NCBI GenBank assembly: GCA_965202625.1
Contig: CBDBBI010000010.1
Span: 1,312,001 to 1,376,000 of the forward strand
Source of the DNA: a bacterium
Lineage (GTDB): Bacteria > UBA8248
Length of the DNA: 64,000 bases
Direction of reading: 5' to 3'
Shown here: piece by piece, positions 10,031 to 19,888 of the stretch
How positions within the stretch are numbered: position 1 is the stretch's first letter
Layout of the letters: every line of letters begins with the position of its first letter
Notes under the pieces: model-generated
The model's input: the letters and a program-made list of their open reading frames with translations, nothing else
Told to the model about the DNA's origin: nothing
Database searches by the model: none
Made by a program: the position numbers and the translations under genes

Positions 10031-10804
10031 TCACGCGGTATAGACCTTGTCTGGATCCAAATGGCGAAGCGCGGCGAGTTCCTCCTTCATGGGAGGCTCC
10101 GTAGTGGGAGTGGACGGGTTGATGATGAGCGCAAAACCCGTATTCTCCTGCACTTGCTCCGCCGTGACGCCCGGGTGCAAGGCGTCAACGCGCATCCGGC
10201 CCGTCTCGTCGTCAAAACCCAAAAGCGCCAAGTCCGTGACCACACGGTAGGTGCCGCCGGCTATCAAGCCGGAATCGCGCCTTGAGGTTCCGCCTCTGAG
10301 GTAGCCCGGGCTGGTGATGAAATCCACGTTCTCCACGAAACGGCGCTTTTCTTGTGGCATCGCCACAATCATCTTCGTGAGACTCGAAATATCATTTCCT
10401 CCGCCCGTGCCGGGCAATCTCACAGAGGGATCGTCCGCTCTTCCGATGAAAGAGCTATTCAAGTTGCCGTATTGATCGATCTGGGCACCCCCCATGAAGC
10501 CCACGTCCACATACCCTCGCTGAAGCAGAAGCAGCACCTCCGTGATGCTCACCAGCATGTTCGCCTTGCGGGTACAGCGCTGCTCGTTCGTAGTAGGCGG
10601 AAGCTCGCCCGGCACGACGTGCGGGCCAATGGTGCCGCCCTCGAAAAGAATCGTCACGCCCGGGGCGTGCAGTCGCTGGGCCAGCGTGGCGGCCAGCAGC
10701 GGAATCCCCACGCCCGCGAAAACTACCTGACCATCCTCAAGCGCGCGGGCGCTCATGACGCACAAAAGCTCGGACGCCGTGAAATCTCTCGTCTCAATCG
10801 TCAT
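10031..10804 (-). CDS. CoA-transferase beta subunit (glutaconate/3-oxoadipate type)
   Basis: FAGVGIP; ILFEGG (catalytic Glu region); GGAQIDQYGNLNS; LPGTGGGND. Confidence 0.88.
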   Translation of the reverse strand: MTIETRDFTASELLCVMSARALEDGQVVFAGVGIPLLAATLAQRLHAPGVTILFEGGTIGPHVVPGELPPTTNEQRCTRKANMLVSITEVLLLLQRGYVDVGFMGGAQIDQYGNLNSSFIGRADDPSVRLPGTGGGNDISSLTKMIVAMPQEKRRFVENVDFITSPGYLRGGTSRRDSGLIAGGTYRVVTDLALLGFDDETGRMRVDALHPGVTAEQVQENTGFALIINPSTPTTEPPMKEELAALRHLDPDKVYTA

Positions 10805-11747
10805 AGATGCTCCTCCCCCGGCGCGCCGCGTCCAAAAGCGCCTCCAGGCCGATGCGCTCCAGGTATTCCGTCCAGCTCCCAGGCCCGTAATAGTATTCGT
10901 CCAGATACGCCCTCACGCCCGTCATCGGCTCTTTTCGCGTGCGTTCCGCGTAGTCGTCCATATGTGAAAACAACGGCTCATATACGCCGTAGCACTCGTG
11001 CGGTGCGCAACCGTAGGGTGCCTCCACCACCGCGTCGACGGTGAAAAAAGGGATTTTGGTGTGATCGGGAGCCCGCCTGATCTGCGCATTCGAGATAATT
11101 CTCTCGGTGGTGATGATGACGCGGTTCGCCGCCATCGCCATGTCGACGTCCATGAACGTGAGACCGTCCAGCTGCGCGTTGCCGTAAGGATCGCATCGCT
11201 GGACGTGAATCAGTGCGACGTCGGGATTCAGCGCCGGCACCAAAAGAATTTTCTCTCCCGTGAAGGGACAGATCATTTCCTCCAGATTATCAAGCTGGCC
11301 GGCCACGTCCGACCCCATCATGGAGCGCATCGGCATGAAGGGGACGCCCATGGCGCCCGCCCTGTATCTCAGACCAATCGACATATGGCTCCATTCCTCG
11401 AAACGGGCCAGGTTGTTTTCGGTAAAATGCCGCATCACGCGCGAAACGCCCCAGACGATCCCCTGGCTGAACCAGCTTGTGAGAATGTGACTCCCAAGGC
11501 CAGAGGCGAAGATGAGGTCCCCCTCGGTGGAGACGATGCTCCGGGAGAAAGAAAGTTCCTTCCTCCTCGCGCGAATCAACGCCCATATCATAGCGAACGG
11601 GGTTCTCGAAGCCGTCGAGCCGCCCAGGCTAACGTGGTCGCCGTCGCTCACGAAATCGCAGGCACTCTCAAGCGTCATCACCTTCTCTCTAAGGCTGCGA
11701 TCCCTCGACTGCGTTCGCTCTCTAAGCGAAAGATAGCCTTGCGTCAC
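10794..11747 (-). CDS. CoA-transferase alpha subunit
   Basis: RAGAMGVPFMP; CPFTGE; PDVALIHVQ; APYGCAPH. Overlaps the beta subunit gene. Confidence 0.88.
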   Translation of the reverse strand: MTQGYLSLRERTQSRDRSLREKVMTLESACDFVSDGDHVSLGGSTASRTPFAMIWALIRARRKELSFSRSIVSTEGDLIFASGLGSHILTSWFSQGIVWGVSRVMRHFTENNLARFEEWSHMSIGLRYRAGAMGVPFMPMRSMMGSDVAGQLDNLEEMICPFTGEKILLVPALNPDVALIHVQRCDPYGNAQLDGLTFMDVDMAMAANRVIITTERIISNAQIRRAPDHTKIPFFTVDAVVEAPYGCAPHECYGVYEPLFSHMDDYAERTRKEPMTGVRAYLDEYYYGPGSWTEYLERIGLEALLDAARRGRSIYDD

Positions 11748-12002
11748 GTTCTCTCTCCACTACGCAAAAAACCCAGGGGTTCCCATCCCCAGGAATTCCC
11801 TGAAACACCCAGGTCGGTCGTCATGGAAAAGTCGAATAGCTCATTCGTAGACTAAACGCAACACGCCAGATCCGCAACGGAAAAAACGGAAACCGAACCA
11901 TTTCACGGCATCCCGAAAAAGGAGGGAGCGAGGAGCATCCCGTCAAAACACGCAATAAAATACCGTATGCCCCGAGCAACCGCTTGGCGAGGTTTGTTTT
12001 GT

Positions 12003-12075
12003 ATGTTGCATTTACGGCAATTCGAATACTTCTATTACGTGGCGAAACATAGCGGCTTGCAAGGCGGCCTGGCGC
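12003..12075 (+). pseudogene. Truncated LysR-type regulator N-terminus (remnant)
   Basis: MLHLRQFEYFYYVAKHSG resembles the start of a LysR HTH. It is divergent from the CoA-transferase operon and similarity is lost after about 20 codons. Confidence 0.5.
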
Positions 12076-12155
12076 ATGGAGGGTCACGTGGTGAAAATCG
12101 ACCTGGACGCCGCCCGCAAGGTGAAGCGCGACCAGATGCGCGCCGAGGGTGCTGA

Positions 12156-12296
12156 GGACGCCCTCGCCGCCATCACGCTCGACGACCTGCTTTGAACGAC
12201 TTTTGCAACGCCCTTGCACGGCCTTTTTCTGAGCCGTTTACGCACCGAAAAACGGCCTTTTTCCAGGCCATTCGCAATGATTTTTTTTGGCTGCAT
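12156..12296 (+). repeat. Dispersed intergenic repeat, copy 1
   Basis: ggacgccctcgccgccatcacgctcgacgacctgctttga...ttttgcaacgccct...gagccgtttacgcaccgaaaaacggc...ggctgcat, shared with 55012-55143 (+) and 33976-34083 (-). Confidence 0.9.
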
Positions 12297-12336
12297 ACGT
12301 CCTGCGTGAAGCACTCCCGCTGGCGCACAGCGAAAC

Positions 12337-13719
12337 CTAAAGGCGAACTCCCGCGCTCCGCAGTATGCCCCGCACGCGCTCTCTCTGGGCATCCGGTATA
12401 TGGAGCCGCTCCGCGAAATCGCGGCCCGAGGGCTTCGTGGCGTCAATCCCCACCTTCGTCAGGGTGTGGCTCTTGGGGTCTGAGGTCGGGTCCAGGATGG
12501 CGCCCATCGCTCCGTGGATGAAGTTGACGTCCTTGTCCGCTCGCGTTCTCGTAATGACTGCCCAGGCGACGTCCGAAAGGTTGAATATGTCCACGTCTCG
12601 GTCCACGACCACCACGCATTTGCAGTAAAACTCGGTTCCCAACGCCGCCATGATGGCTTGCTGCGGCTGGCCTTCCGCCGTCTTTTGCATCTGAACGATC
12701 GCCAAAAACGCGCCCGCCGTGTTCGAGGGGACGTGCACCGCTGATACGCTCGGCAGGTTGCGCCGCAGCGTGTTGAGAATTTCCGCCTCTCGACTGACGC
12801 AGGAGATCAGGATATGGTCAGCCGACATGCCCGAAGCCACGCTGTGAAGCATGGCGTCTCGCCTCATCTGTACGCGATTCACGAGAAACACGTTTTGCGT
12901 GCTTCGGTAGGACGCATAGCCCGTGAACTCGCCAAAGGGGCCTTCGGGTTCGCGCGCATCGGCGAGAATCTCACCCTCCAGCACGATCTCCGCCCCCGCC
13001 GGCACCTCCAGCTCCGCGGTGGCACACCTGGCGACGCGATAAGGCTCGCCGAACAAGGCGCCGATCACCTCGTATTTCCGCACCCCCGGGGGGTAGTGAT
13101 AGGCCATCGAGCCCATGTAGTGCACCGGATGAACGCCGATGACGATAGCTGCGGACAAAGCATTTCCCGCATCCTCCGCCTTTTTGTGAAAATGATACAT
13201 GCGCCGTCTCGAGTGCAGGGAGACGCCGAGCCTGTTCTTTCCCTTCAGCTGCAAGCGATGAAAACCCGTGGTGTCCACGCCCGTCTCGGGGTCTCGCGCC
13301 ACGATTTGTCCTGCCGTGATATAGGGGGCCGCGTCTATCGGAAAATGAAAGGGGATGGGCAGTTTGCGGAGATCCACCTCCTCCCCCTCCAGAACGATCT
13401 CCCGCCAAGGCGCCTCGTCCACCACCTCCGCGGGCCGATAGTTCTGGCATCGGTCCTTATACGCCGTAGGCAAATCGCCCGGCGCCACGCCGAGGCACGC
13501 CGCCAGGAGTTTGCGATTCGCAGCGGTGTTGGTGACGACAGAACCCTTGAATCCCTCCACGCACTCGAAGATGATGACGGGATATCTGCCAGCACGCTCG
13601 AACTCAAAGACCGCCGGCGTGATGTCTTCTCTGCTGACGGGCTCCTGAATGCGCACGAAATCTGCGGAGTGGTTTTTCTCCACCATCTCCAGGAAGCCGC
13701 GCAGACTCTGGTCGCCCAT
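12337..13719 (-). CDS. UbiD family (prFMN-dependent) decarboxylase
   Basis: DLRKLPIP; AEIVLEG; EGPFGEFTGY; VVVVDRDVD; KVGIDATKP. Confidence 0.92.
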   Translation of the reverse strand: MGDQSLRGFLEMVEKNHSADFVRIQEPVSREDITPAVFEFERAGRYPVIIFECVEGFKGSVVTNTAANRKLLAACLGVAPGDLPTAYKDRCQNYRPAEVVDEAPWREIVLEGEEVDLRKLPIPFHFPIDAAPYITAGQIVARDPETGVDTTGFHRLQLKGKNRLGVSLHSRRRMYHFHKKAEDAGNALSAAIVIGVHPVHYMGSMAYHYPPGVRKYEVIGALFGEPYRVARCATAELEVPAGAEIVLEGEILADAREPEGPFGEFTGYASYRSTQNVFLVNRVQMRRDAMLHSVASGMSADHILISCVSREAEILNTLRRNLPSVSAVHVPSNTAGAFLAIVQMQKTAEGQPQQAIMAALGTEFYCKCVVVVDRDVDIFNLSDVAWAVITRTRADKDVNFIHGAMGAILDPTSDPKSHTLTKVGIDATKPSGRDFAERLHIPDAQRERVRGILRSAGVRL

Positions 13720-13734
13720 GCCGCGCTCTTTTCC

Positions 13735-14526
13735 CTATCTGGACCAGGAGCCGCGGTCCTTATAGGGACGCGCAAGCGGCGGCAGGGGCGGAGCGTCATC
13801 TCGGGATGGTTTCTCGTCCCAGAATTCAATCGCGATGACGCGGGCGGGCGCGCCCTCGGTATCCTTGAGCTTCACCGCGCCCGTCACGAGCAAGACGCGA
13901 TCCTTCTGAATGGCGCCCATGTTGGTGCACCACTCGATGAGACAGATCCCGCGCTCTAAAAACTTGACGTGATTGGGACTCCAGTCCGGAGCGGGCCATT
14001 TCCGCTCCTCTGGCGGATGAAGGGGCGAGTCGCACGTCATGAAATCCTGCACGAGTGCCTTGATTCCCTTCTCAATGAGCCAGTCGGCCGCATCGGTGGA
14101 CAAATAGACCATGCGCTCCCAAAAATCGCGCGATCCCCACATGCGATCGGTCCATTCCGTGCTGACGATGGCGATGTCCCCGGGGCGCACCTCTACGCCC
14201 GCAGCCTCAAGGTCTTCAGCCGTCACGGCCTCGGAGTCGCCCTTGCCCGGCACCCTCAACACGCAGGCGTCTCCGCATACGTGATCGAGCGGTACCTCGT
14301 CGTTCTTCAGCCCGTCGTGAAAAAAATGATAGGGGGCGTCGTAGTGCGTGTAGCTCTGCGTGGTAGTGGTGAAACCAAAATTGCAGATGTGGTCCACGTC
14401 CAGCGTCGCTATAGGGGTGATGGTCGTGCCCGGGGCCGGCTTGTCATAGATCTCATCGCGGGGAAATTGAACGTAGGTGTCCTTCGGGTCGACGGTGAGC
14501 GTGAGATCGACAAAGCGATACGGCAT
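13735..14526 (-). CDS. Cyclase family metallo-hydrolase (kynurenine formamidase-like)
   Basis: FVDLT; THYDAPYH; GAPARVIA; AAGGAGG RBS before ATG 14526. Confidence 0.85.
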   Translation of the reverse strand: MPYRFVDLTLTVDPKDTYVQFPRDEIYDKPAPGTTITPIATLDVDHICNFGFTTTTQSYTHYDAPYHFFHDGLKNDEVPLDHVCGDACVLRVPGKGDSEAVTAEDLEAAGVEVRPGDIAIVSTEWTDRMWGSRDFWERMVYLSTDAADWLIEKGIKALVQDFMTCDSPLHPPEERKWPAPDWSPNHVKFLERGICLIEWCTNMGAIQKDRVLLVTGAVKLKDTEGAPARVIAIEFWDEKPSRDDAPPLPPLARPYKDRGSWSR

Positions 14527-14627
14527 GATTTCCTCCTTTTTCGGCACAACCATACTCTGAACCATGAAGGCTGAAACCCCATCTCCCGCCGACCATCAAA
14601 AGACGGGCGGCGGGAGCGGAGCGCTCG

Positions 14628-15605
14628 CTAATTCCAGCCCTTTTCCTTGCAATAGCGGGCCGCACCCCCATGAAGCGGAAGGCCCATCTGCGACTCTTTG
14701 CAGCCTGTCTTCGCCGGGTCAAAGTTCTTCAGTCCCTTGTGTCCCGCCCTGAGATCGTCAACGTTGTCGAGCAACGCTTTCACGATCTTGTAGGCCGTGT
14801 TGTTGTCCATGGCAGTGGAGGCGATGACTGCGGTTGTGAAGCCGAACGTATTCCTCGACTTCGTTTGTCCCGGAAACGTGCCTGCCGGCATAGTGGCCTT
14901 CAGGAAACCAATGCCCAGGAGTTTGTCACGGAATTCATCGGCGACATCCAGGAACTTCAGTTTTTTCTGCACCGCAATCGAGGTGAGCGCCGGATGGCCC
15001 GCGTTCACGGTATGGCTCAGCATGTCGGCTTGGCCGTCCTTCATCCGGCTTTTGATCGCGCCAAAACCCGTATGGGTGACCGAACCGCCCATCTTCTTGA
15101 TCTGCGCATAGGTGATGCCGTGCGCCTCGAGCATGGCGCGCGTGGCCCACTGGCCCAGCCCTCCGCGCGGAACCGTCACGTAGTTCACCGGAACACTCTT
15201 GAGGTCGTTGATGCCGTTCACCTTGGGGTTCGTGGTGACGATACCCAGATAGTATTGGTCCAACCCCCCTATCAGCCCGCGCAGGTTCTTGTAGGGCTTC
15301 TTGTAAGCCACTTTGCCCTGATACCCCCAAGCCGCCGCCACGCTGAACGTGAGCGCCATGTTGAATTTGCCGGTGCCGACGTTGATGGGGTTGCCCACGC
15401 CGCCGCCCTTTGAGAGAGCGTCAATCTGAACGTCCATCTTCGCGTTGTTCACGATGTTCGCCATAGTGGCCGAGTACACGTGCCAGCCACTGCCCTTTCG
15501 CCAACTGCCCATGGTGAGGCGGCTAGCCGCTTCCGCCTGAGCGACCACGAATACGCCGATGGCCACCCCAAGAACAAACCCTGTATTCCATGATGTGCGC
15601 TTCAT
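14628..15605 (-). CDS. TAXI family TRAP transporter solute receptor
   Basis: Signal peptide; GGGVGNP; AYKIVKAL; PLHGGAARY. Confidence 0.88.
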   Translation of the reverse strand: MKRTSWNTGFVLGVAIGVFVVAQAEAASRLTMGSWRKGSGWHVYSATMANIVNNAKMDVQIDALSKGGGVGNPINVGTGKFNMALTFSVAAAWGYQGKVAYKKPYKNLRGLIGGLDQYYLGIVTTNPKVNGINDLKSVPVNYVTVPRGGLGQWATRAMLEAHGITYAQIKKMGGSVTHTGFGAIKSRMKDGQADMLSHTVNAGHPALTSIAVQKKLKFLDVADEFRDKLLGIGFLKATMPAGTFPGQTKSRNTFGFTTAVIASTAMDNNTAYKIVKALLDNVDDLRAGHKGLKNFDPAKTGCKESQMGLPLHGGAARYCKEKGWN

Positions 15606-15666
15606 GTCGAAAAACTCCTCTCTTGGGAAAAAACAAGCATGTTTCCGCCGCTCATGTAGTTTCTGC

Positions 15667-17538
15667 TTACGAAGCCGAGCCCGCCGAACCCACGGCGAGG
15701 GCGCTTCTCCTCGCGCGCGAGAGATGGTTCCAGAAAAAAACGACCAAAAAAACGGTCCCGATAACGTCCGTCCACTTCTCGGGAACGATCAGCCCCAGGG
15801 AGCAGACAAAATACACTCCCCGCTCCCAGCCCGCCAGAGGGAGCGATATATGGCCGGTGATCGCCGCAGCCAAGGCCGCCACCCCGATGATGCAGGTGAG
15901 CGATACCCAGAGCGTCTCGCCGATTGCACCGATGAACAACATGGATGGATTATGCACGAACGCGAGGGGAACGAGGAAACCCGCCAGAGACAACTGAAAC
16001 GCCTTCCATCCTGTGGCGGTCAAATCCGATTCCGCGACGCCCGAGGCGACGTAGGCCGAGAGGGCCACGGGCGGCGTCAGCATGGAGAGGATGGCGAAAT
16101 AGTAGATGAACATGTGCGCCGCCAGAATGGGGAGCCCCAGTTTGGAGAGGGCGGGCCCCAAAAGCGTGCCCGCCATGATGTAGGCGGCGGCCGTGGGCAT
16201 GCCCATACCCATGATGATGCAGCCGAGAAGCGTCAAACCCAGCGCGGGGAGAATCATGCCGCCCGATATGTTGACGATGAGACCAGAGAATTTGAGACCG
16301 ATTCCTGTGTCGTCGACCACGCCGACCACGATGCCGGCGACCGCACAGGGAACCGCGACGGCGACAGTCATACGTCCTGCCTTCTCCAGAGATTCGAGTA
16401 TTTTCTCCACCCCCATGCGCGTCGTCTTGCGCGCCCAGCTCAGAATCACGACGCCGATGGCCGCCGACGTGGCCGACCACATCAGGGTAAAGCCAGCGAC
16501 CATGTAGCCCACGAGCAGGATGATCGGCAGGAGCAGAAGGCCACGCTCCAGAAGGATGCCCTTGAGTTCGGGCATTTCATCCTTGTCCAATCCTTTCAGG
16601 TTCAGCTTTTTCGCCTCCAGATCGACCATGAAAAACAAAGAGACGTAGTAGATGACCGCCGGAATGGCCGCCGCCCCCGCCACACGCAAATAAGGGGTGC
16701 CCGTCATGTCCGCCAGAATGAAGGCCCCGGCCCCCATAATGGGCGGCATGAGCTGCCCACCTGTGGAAGCCACCGCTTCCACCGCGCCGGCGTAATGGGG
16801 AGCGAAACCCATGCGCTTCATCAAAGGAATCGTGAAAATGCCGGTTCCCACGACGTTCGCCGTCGCGCTGCCGCTGATGGTTCCCATGAGGCTACTGCTC
16901 ACAATCGCCGCCTTGGCTGGACCGCCCCTGAATGCGCCGGTCAGGCGAATGGCCAGATCGATGAACATGCGCCCGCCGCCTGAGACCTCCAGTGCCGCCG
17001 AGAAGAGGATGAAATAGAACACAACCTCCGCGCTCACACCCAAAGGAACGCCCAGCAAGCCCTCCACGCTCAATATCTGAAATTCAATGAACGTAGGCAG
17101 CTCGATGAAGCGGTGACCTAACGCGCCTGGAATCAGGTGCCCCAGAAAATTGTAGAGAAGCGCCACGATGGCAACCGAGGTAACGCCCCATCCCAGATAA
17201 CGCCTCGACGCCTCGATGGTCAGCAGGACGTAGGCGAGGCCCAGGTAGATGTAGCGCGCAGGAACCTCATCCACATCGCGTATGCGTTCGTTCAGGAAAT
17301 TCCACTCCCACAGATACAGCAGCGCGATGCCCATGGCGACGATGGTCAGGGCGTAATCAACCACCCCGACCCGACCATCCCTGCGAAATGGTTTTGTGAG
17401 AAAGACGATCCCCAAGGCGAAGCTCAGATGAAGGGGCCTGGAGGTAAAAACGTGCAGCATTCCGAAGAAGGCCCAATAGAGCTGGGTGGCCGCCCAGATG
17501 ATGGCCAGCATGGAGACCGGACTCAAAAACCTTCTCAT
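15667..17538 (-). CDS. TRAP transporter fused permease (4TM/12TM, TAXI-associated)
   Basis: GGPAKAA; SGSATANVVGTG; ASTGGQLMPPIMGAGAF; GMGMPT; TPPVALSAY. Confidence 0.92.
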   Translation of the reverse strand: MRRFLSPVSMLAIIWAATQLYWAFFGMLHVFTSRPLHLSFALGIVFLTKPFRRDGRVGVVDYALTIVAMGIALLYLWEWNFLNERIRDVDEVPARYIYLGLAYVLLTIEASRRYLGWGVTSVAIVALLYNFLGHLIPGALGHRFIELPTFIEFQILSVEGLLGVPLGVSAEVVFYFILFSAALEVSGGGRMFIDLAIRLTGAFRGGPAKAAIVSSSLMGTISGSATANVVGTGIFTIPLMKRMGFAPHYAGAVEAVASTGGQLMPPIMGAGAFILADMTGTPYLRVAGAAAIPAVIYYVSLFFMVDLEAKKLNLKGLDKDEMPELKGILLERGLLLLPIILLVGYMVAGFTLMWSATSAAIGVVILSWARKTTRMGVEKILESLEKAGRMTVAVAVPCAVAGIVVGVVDDTGIGLKFSGLIVNISGGMILPALGLTLLGCIIMGMGMPTAAAYIMAGTLLGPALSKLGLPILAAHMFIYYFAILSMLTPPVALSAYVASGVAESDLTATGWKAFQLSLAGFLVPLAFVHNPSMLFIGAIGETLWVSLTCIIGVAALAAAITGHISLPLAGWERGVYFVCSLGLIVPEKWTDVIGTVFLVVFFWNHLSRARRSALAVGSAGSAS

Positions 17539-17725
17539 CGAAACTCCGTCCCTTTTCATAGGGGCGTTTTCCTGAAAACGTGCGGGAAAGGGCAAAAAAT
17601 TACCGGCACGTTACGACCGCGCGTCCCCTATTCGTCGGGCTATCCCATCCACCCGCCATGAGGCGAGGAGGCATTTCCTGAATTTTTCCGTCCTCCATTC
17701 TCTCGCGTCTCCCCTTGCACGCGCG

Positions 17726-18910
17726 TCAAGCCGCCCACGGGCGCGTCGTGGTCTTCGTGAGGAGTTCGCATCCATCATCGGTCACGAGCACCATCTGCTC
17801 GATGTTCGTCCCACCCACTTCGGGCAGGACGAACTGCGGCTCCACGCAGAGCACCATGTTTCGCTCCAGAGTCATCTCGTTGTCCGGGCGGATGATGGGC
17901 GCCTCCACGGTTTCGAGTCCAATCCCATGTCCCGCCATGGGGAAGAGGTGCCATCCCGCGCCACTTGCGTTGTCATCCAGAAACCGACTTGCCGCCGTAT
18001 GGACGTCGCATGCCATGGCGCCGGCGCGAACGGCGCCCATCGCCGCTTCGGACGTCGCGATGGTCAACTCCAGCATCTCCGCCACCCCTTTCTCAAGCCG
18101 CTTGCCGGAAACTACGGCGGTGCGATTGACGTCGAACCCATAGCCTTCCACCGCGCCCACATAGTCGAAACGAATCAAATCGCCCGCCTCTAATTTTCTC
18201 TGCGTCGCCTGCGGCCAGCGCGACCCCCAACTCGCCCACGGCCCGCTGTGAACGCGGACGTAACGCACGAAATCAGCTCCTGCGCGCATCCCCGCCGCAT
18301 GGCCCTCCGCACACAAGTCGCTCTCGCGCACTCCGGGACAAATCGCCTCGAAAATGGCGGCATAGCCGGCCTCGACGATTCCCGCCGCACGTTTCAGATA
18401 GTGCACTTCGGTCTCGCTTTTCCTCGCCCGCAGCTGCTCTACCAGGGCATTTGCGTTCGAGAATCGCGCGTCGGGCAGTGCCGAGACGAGATCGATATAC
18501 ATCGTCGCCGGCATGATATCCTCTCCAGCGATCCCCACGTGTGCGCTTGCGGCCCCGAGACGCTCAATCTGATTCACGAGCGCCTCGGAAATGTTCGCCT
18601 CCACTCGCACCTGTTCGACGTGCACCATTTCGCGGCGATAGTTTCGATGATCCACGAAAAGCAGCGGTTCCCCATCAAGCGGCAAAACGAGCACCCCGTG
18701 CCCCATGCCGCGCACGGTTTCGCTGAACGCTCCCGGTGGAAACGGTGGAAAGTGGTTGGTGAGGTAGGTCAGGCTCCCCATGCGATCATAGAAGGAACGC
18801 CCGATGACGATGAGGACGTCAAGCCCCTGCACGCGCATGAGCCCGCGCGAATCGGAAATTCTCTTTCCAACCTCCTCTTTGGAGGCGCCCGTCCCATTCT
18901 TGAGGACCAT
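17726..18910 (-). CDS. M24 family Xaa-Pro peptidase/creatinase-like hydrolase
   Basis: LRARKSETE; GYGFDVNRT; GHGIGL; VEP and IEQ metal-ligand pattern. Confidence 0.87.
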   Translation of the reverse strand: MVLKNGTGASKEEVGKRISDSRGLMRVQGLDVLIVIGRSFYDRMGSLTYLTNHFPPFPPGAFSETVRGMGHGVLVLPLDGEPLLFVDHRNYRREMVHVEQVRVEANISEALVNQIERLGAASAHVGIAGEDIMPATMYIDLVSALPDARFSNANALVEQLRARKSETEVHYLKRAAGIVEAGYAAIFEAICPGVRESDLCAEGHAAGMRAGADFVRYVRVHSGPWASWGSRWPQATQRKLEAGDLIRFDYVGAVEGYGFDVNRTAVVSGKRLEKGVAEMLELTIATSEAAMGAVRAGAMACDVHTAASRFLDDNASGAGWHLFPMAGHGIGLETVEAPIIRPDNEMTLERNMVLCVEPQFVLPEVGGTNIEQMVLVTDDGCELLTKTTTRPWAA

Positions 18911-19888
18911 CTACTTGAACCTTGGCAAAAGCTCGGAAACGAAATTCTCTAGCTGATCCTCCTGGCTGCCGCCGGCGAAGCGAACTATGAAAACGCGCGC
19001 GCCCTCCCGCGCATATTCCCTGAGTTGCTCCTCCACCCGGGCCCCATCTCCGGCGATGACGAGAAGTTGCTTCCTCACCTCCTCAAACGTCTTGTGATAG
19101 TATTTGGAGAGAAAATTCCCGCATTGCGCTTCCGCCTTCCGCCCGTCCTGATTCACGTTCATGGTGACATAGAGACATTGCGGGATTCGGGCTATCTCAC
19201 GTCCCCGGCCCTCCCGCTCGGCATAGTCGAGTATCTTCTCCCAGCATTGCCGATAGAGGCTCGGGGTGATGGAGTTCGTTATCCAGCCATCGGCGAAGCG
19301 CGCCACGCGCCTTAAACCCGAATCCACCAGGTTGCTCGACAGCCAAACAGGGGGACCGCCGGGAGTTCTCGGCCGAGGCTCCAGCGCTACGCCCTCGAAA
19401 GCGAAATGTTTCCCCGCGTAACTCGCCCGAGGGTCTCGCATGAGCAGCTTGAGTATCTCCACGGTCTCCGAGAACCGGCGCGCGCGCTCGTTCAGAGGCA
19501 CCCCCATCGTCTCAAACTCGAACTTGAGGTCCGTGCGCCCCACGCCCAGGCCGGGGAGGACGCGCCCCGGAAACATGCAGTCGAGCGTACTCATCGACTG
19601 CGCGAGCATCACCGGATGTCGAAGGGCGGCCAGCATCACCGCCGTGCCCACCTGAACGCGTTCGGTCGACGCGAGAACAGCGGCCCAGGTGGTGAAGCTC
19701 TCAAGGCGCGGCTTGGCCAGCACGCTGTCGCCCAACCACAGGGAATCAAAGCCGAGGTTTTCCGCCTTCTTGGCGAGGGAGAATATCGGCCCCGTATCCG
19801 GCGGCTCGCCTCCAGCCCCCACGACGACGCCGCGCGTGGGCAAGAGATAGCCAAAATGAAAATTTTCTGTTTTTTTCATGGGGTGCAA
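18911..19888 (-). CDS. LLM class flavin-dependent oxidoreductase
   Basis: AENLGFDSLWLGDS; GTAVMLAALRHP; RVARFADGW. Confidence 0.88.
   Translation of the reverse strand: MHPMKKTENFHFGYLLPTRGVVVGAGGEPPDTGPIFSLAKKAENLGFDSLWLGDSVLAKPRLESFTTWAAVLASTERVQVGTAVMLAALRHPVMLAQSMSTLDCMFPGRVLPGLGVGRTDLKFEFETMGVPLNERARRFSETVEILKLLMRDPRASYAGKHFAFEGVALEPRPRTPGGPPVWLSSNLVDSGLRRVARFADGWITNSITPSLYRQCWEKILDYAEREGRGREIARIPQCLYVTMNVNQDGRKAEAQCGNFLSKYYHKTFEEVRKQLLVIAGDGARVEEQLREYAREGARVFIVRFAGGSQEDQLENFVSELLPRFK

Noticed and set aside
8654-10285. 543-aa plus-strand ORF
   Set aside because: Antisense shadow of the M20 deacylase and CoA-transferase genes; no motifs; expected in GC-rich DNA.
15559-16983. 474-aa plus-strand ORF, and similar long antisense ORFs such as 12814-13959, 48406-49530 and 49558-50559
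   Set aside because: They lie opposite well-supported genes and have R/H/G-rich shadow composition.
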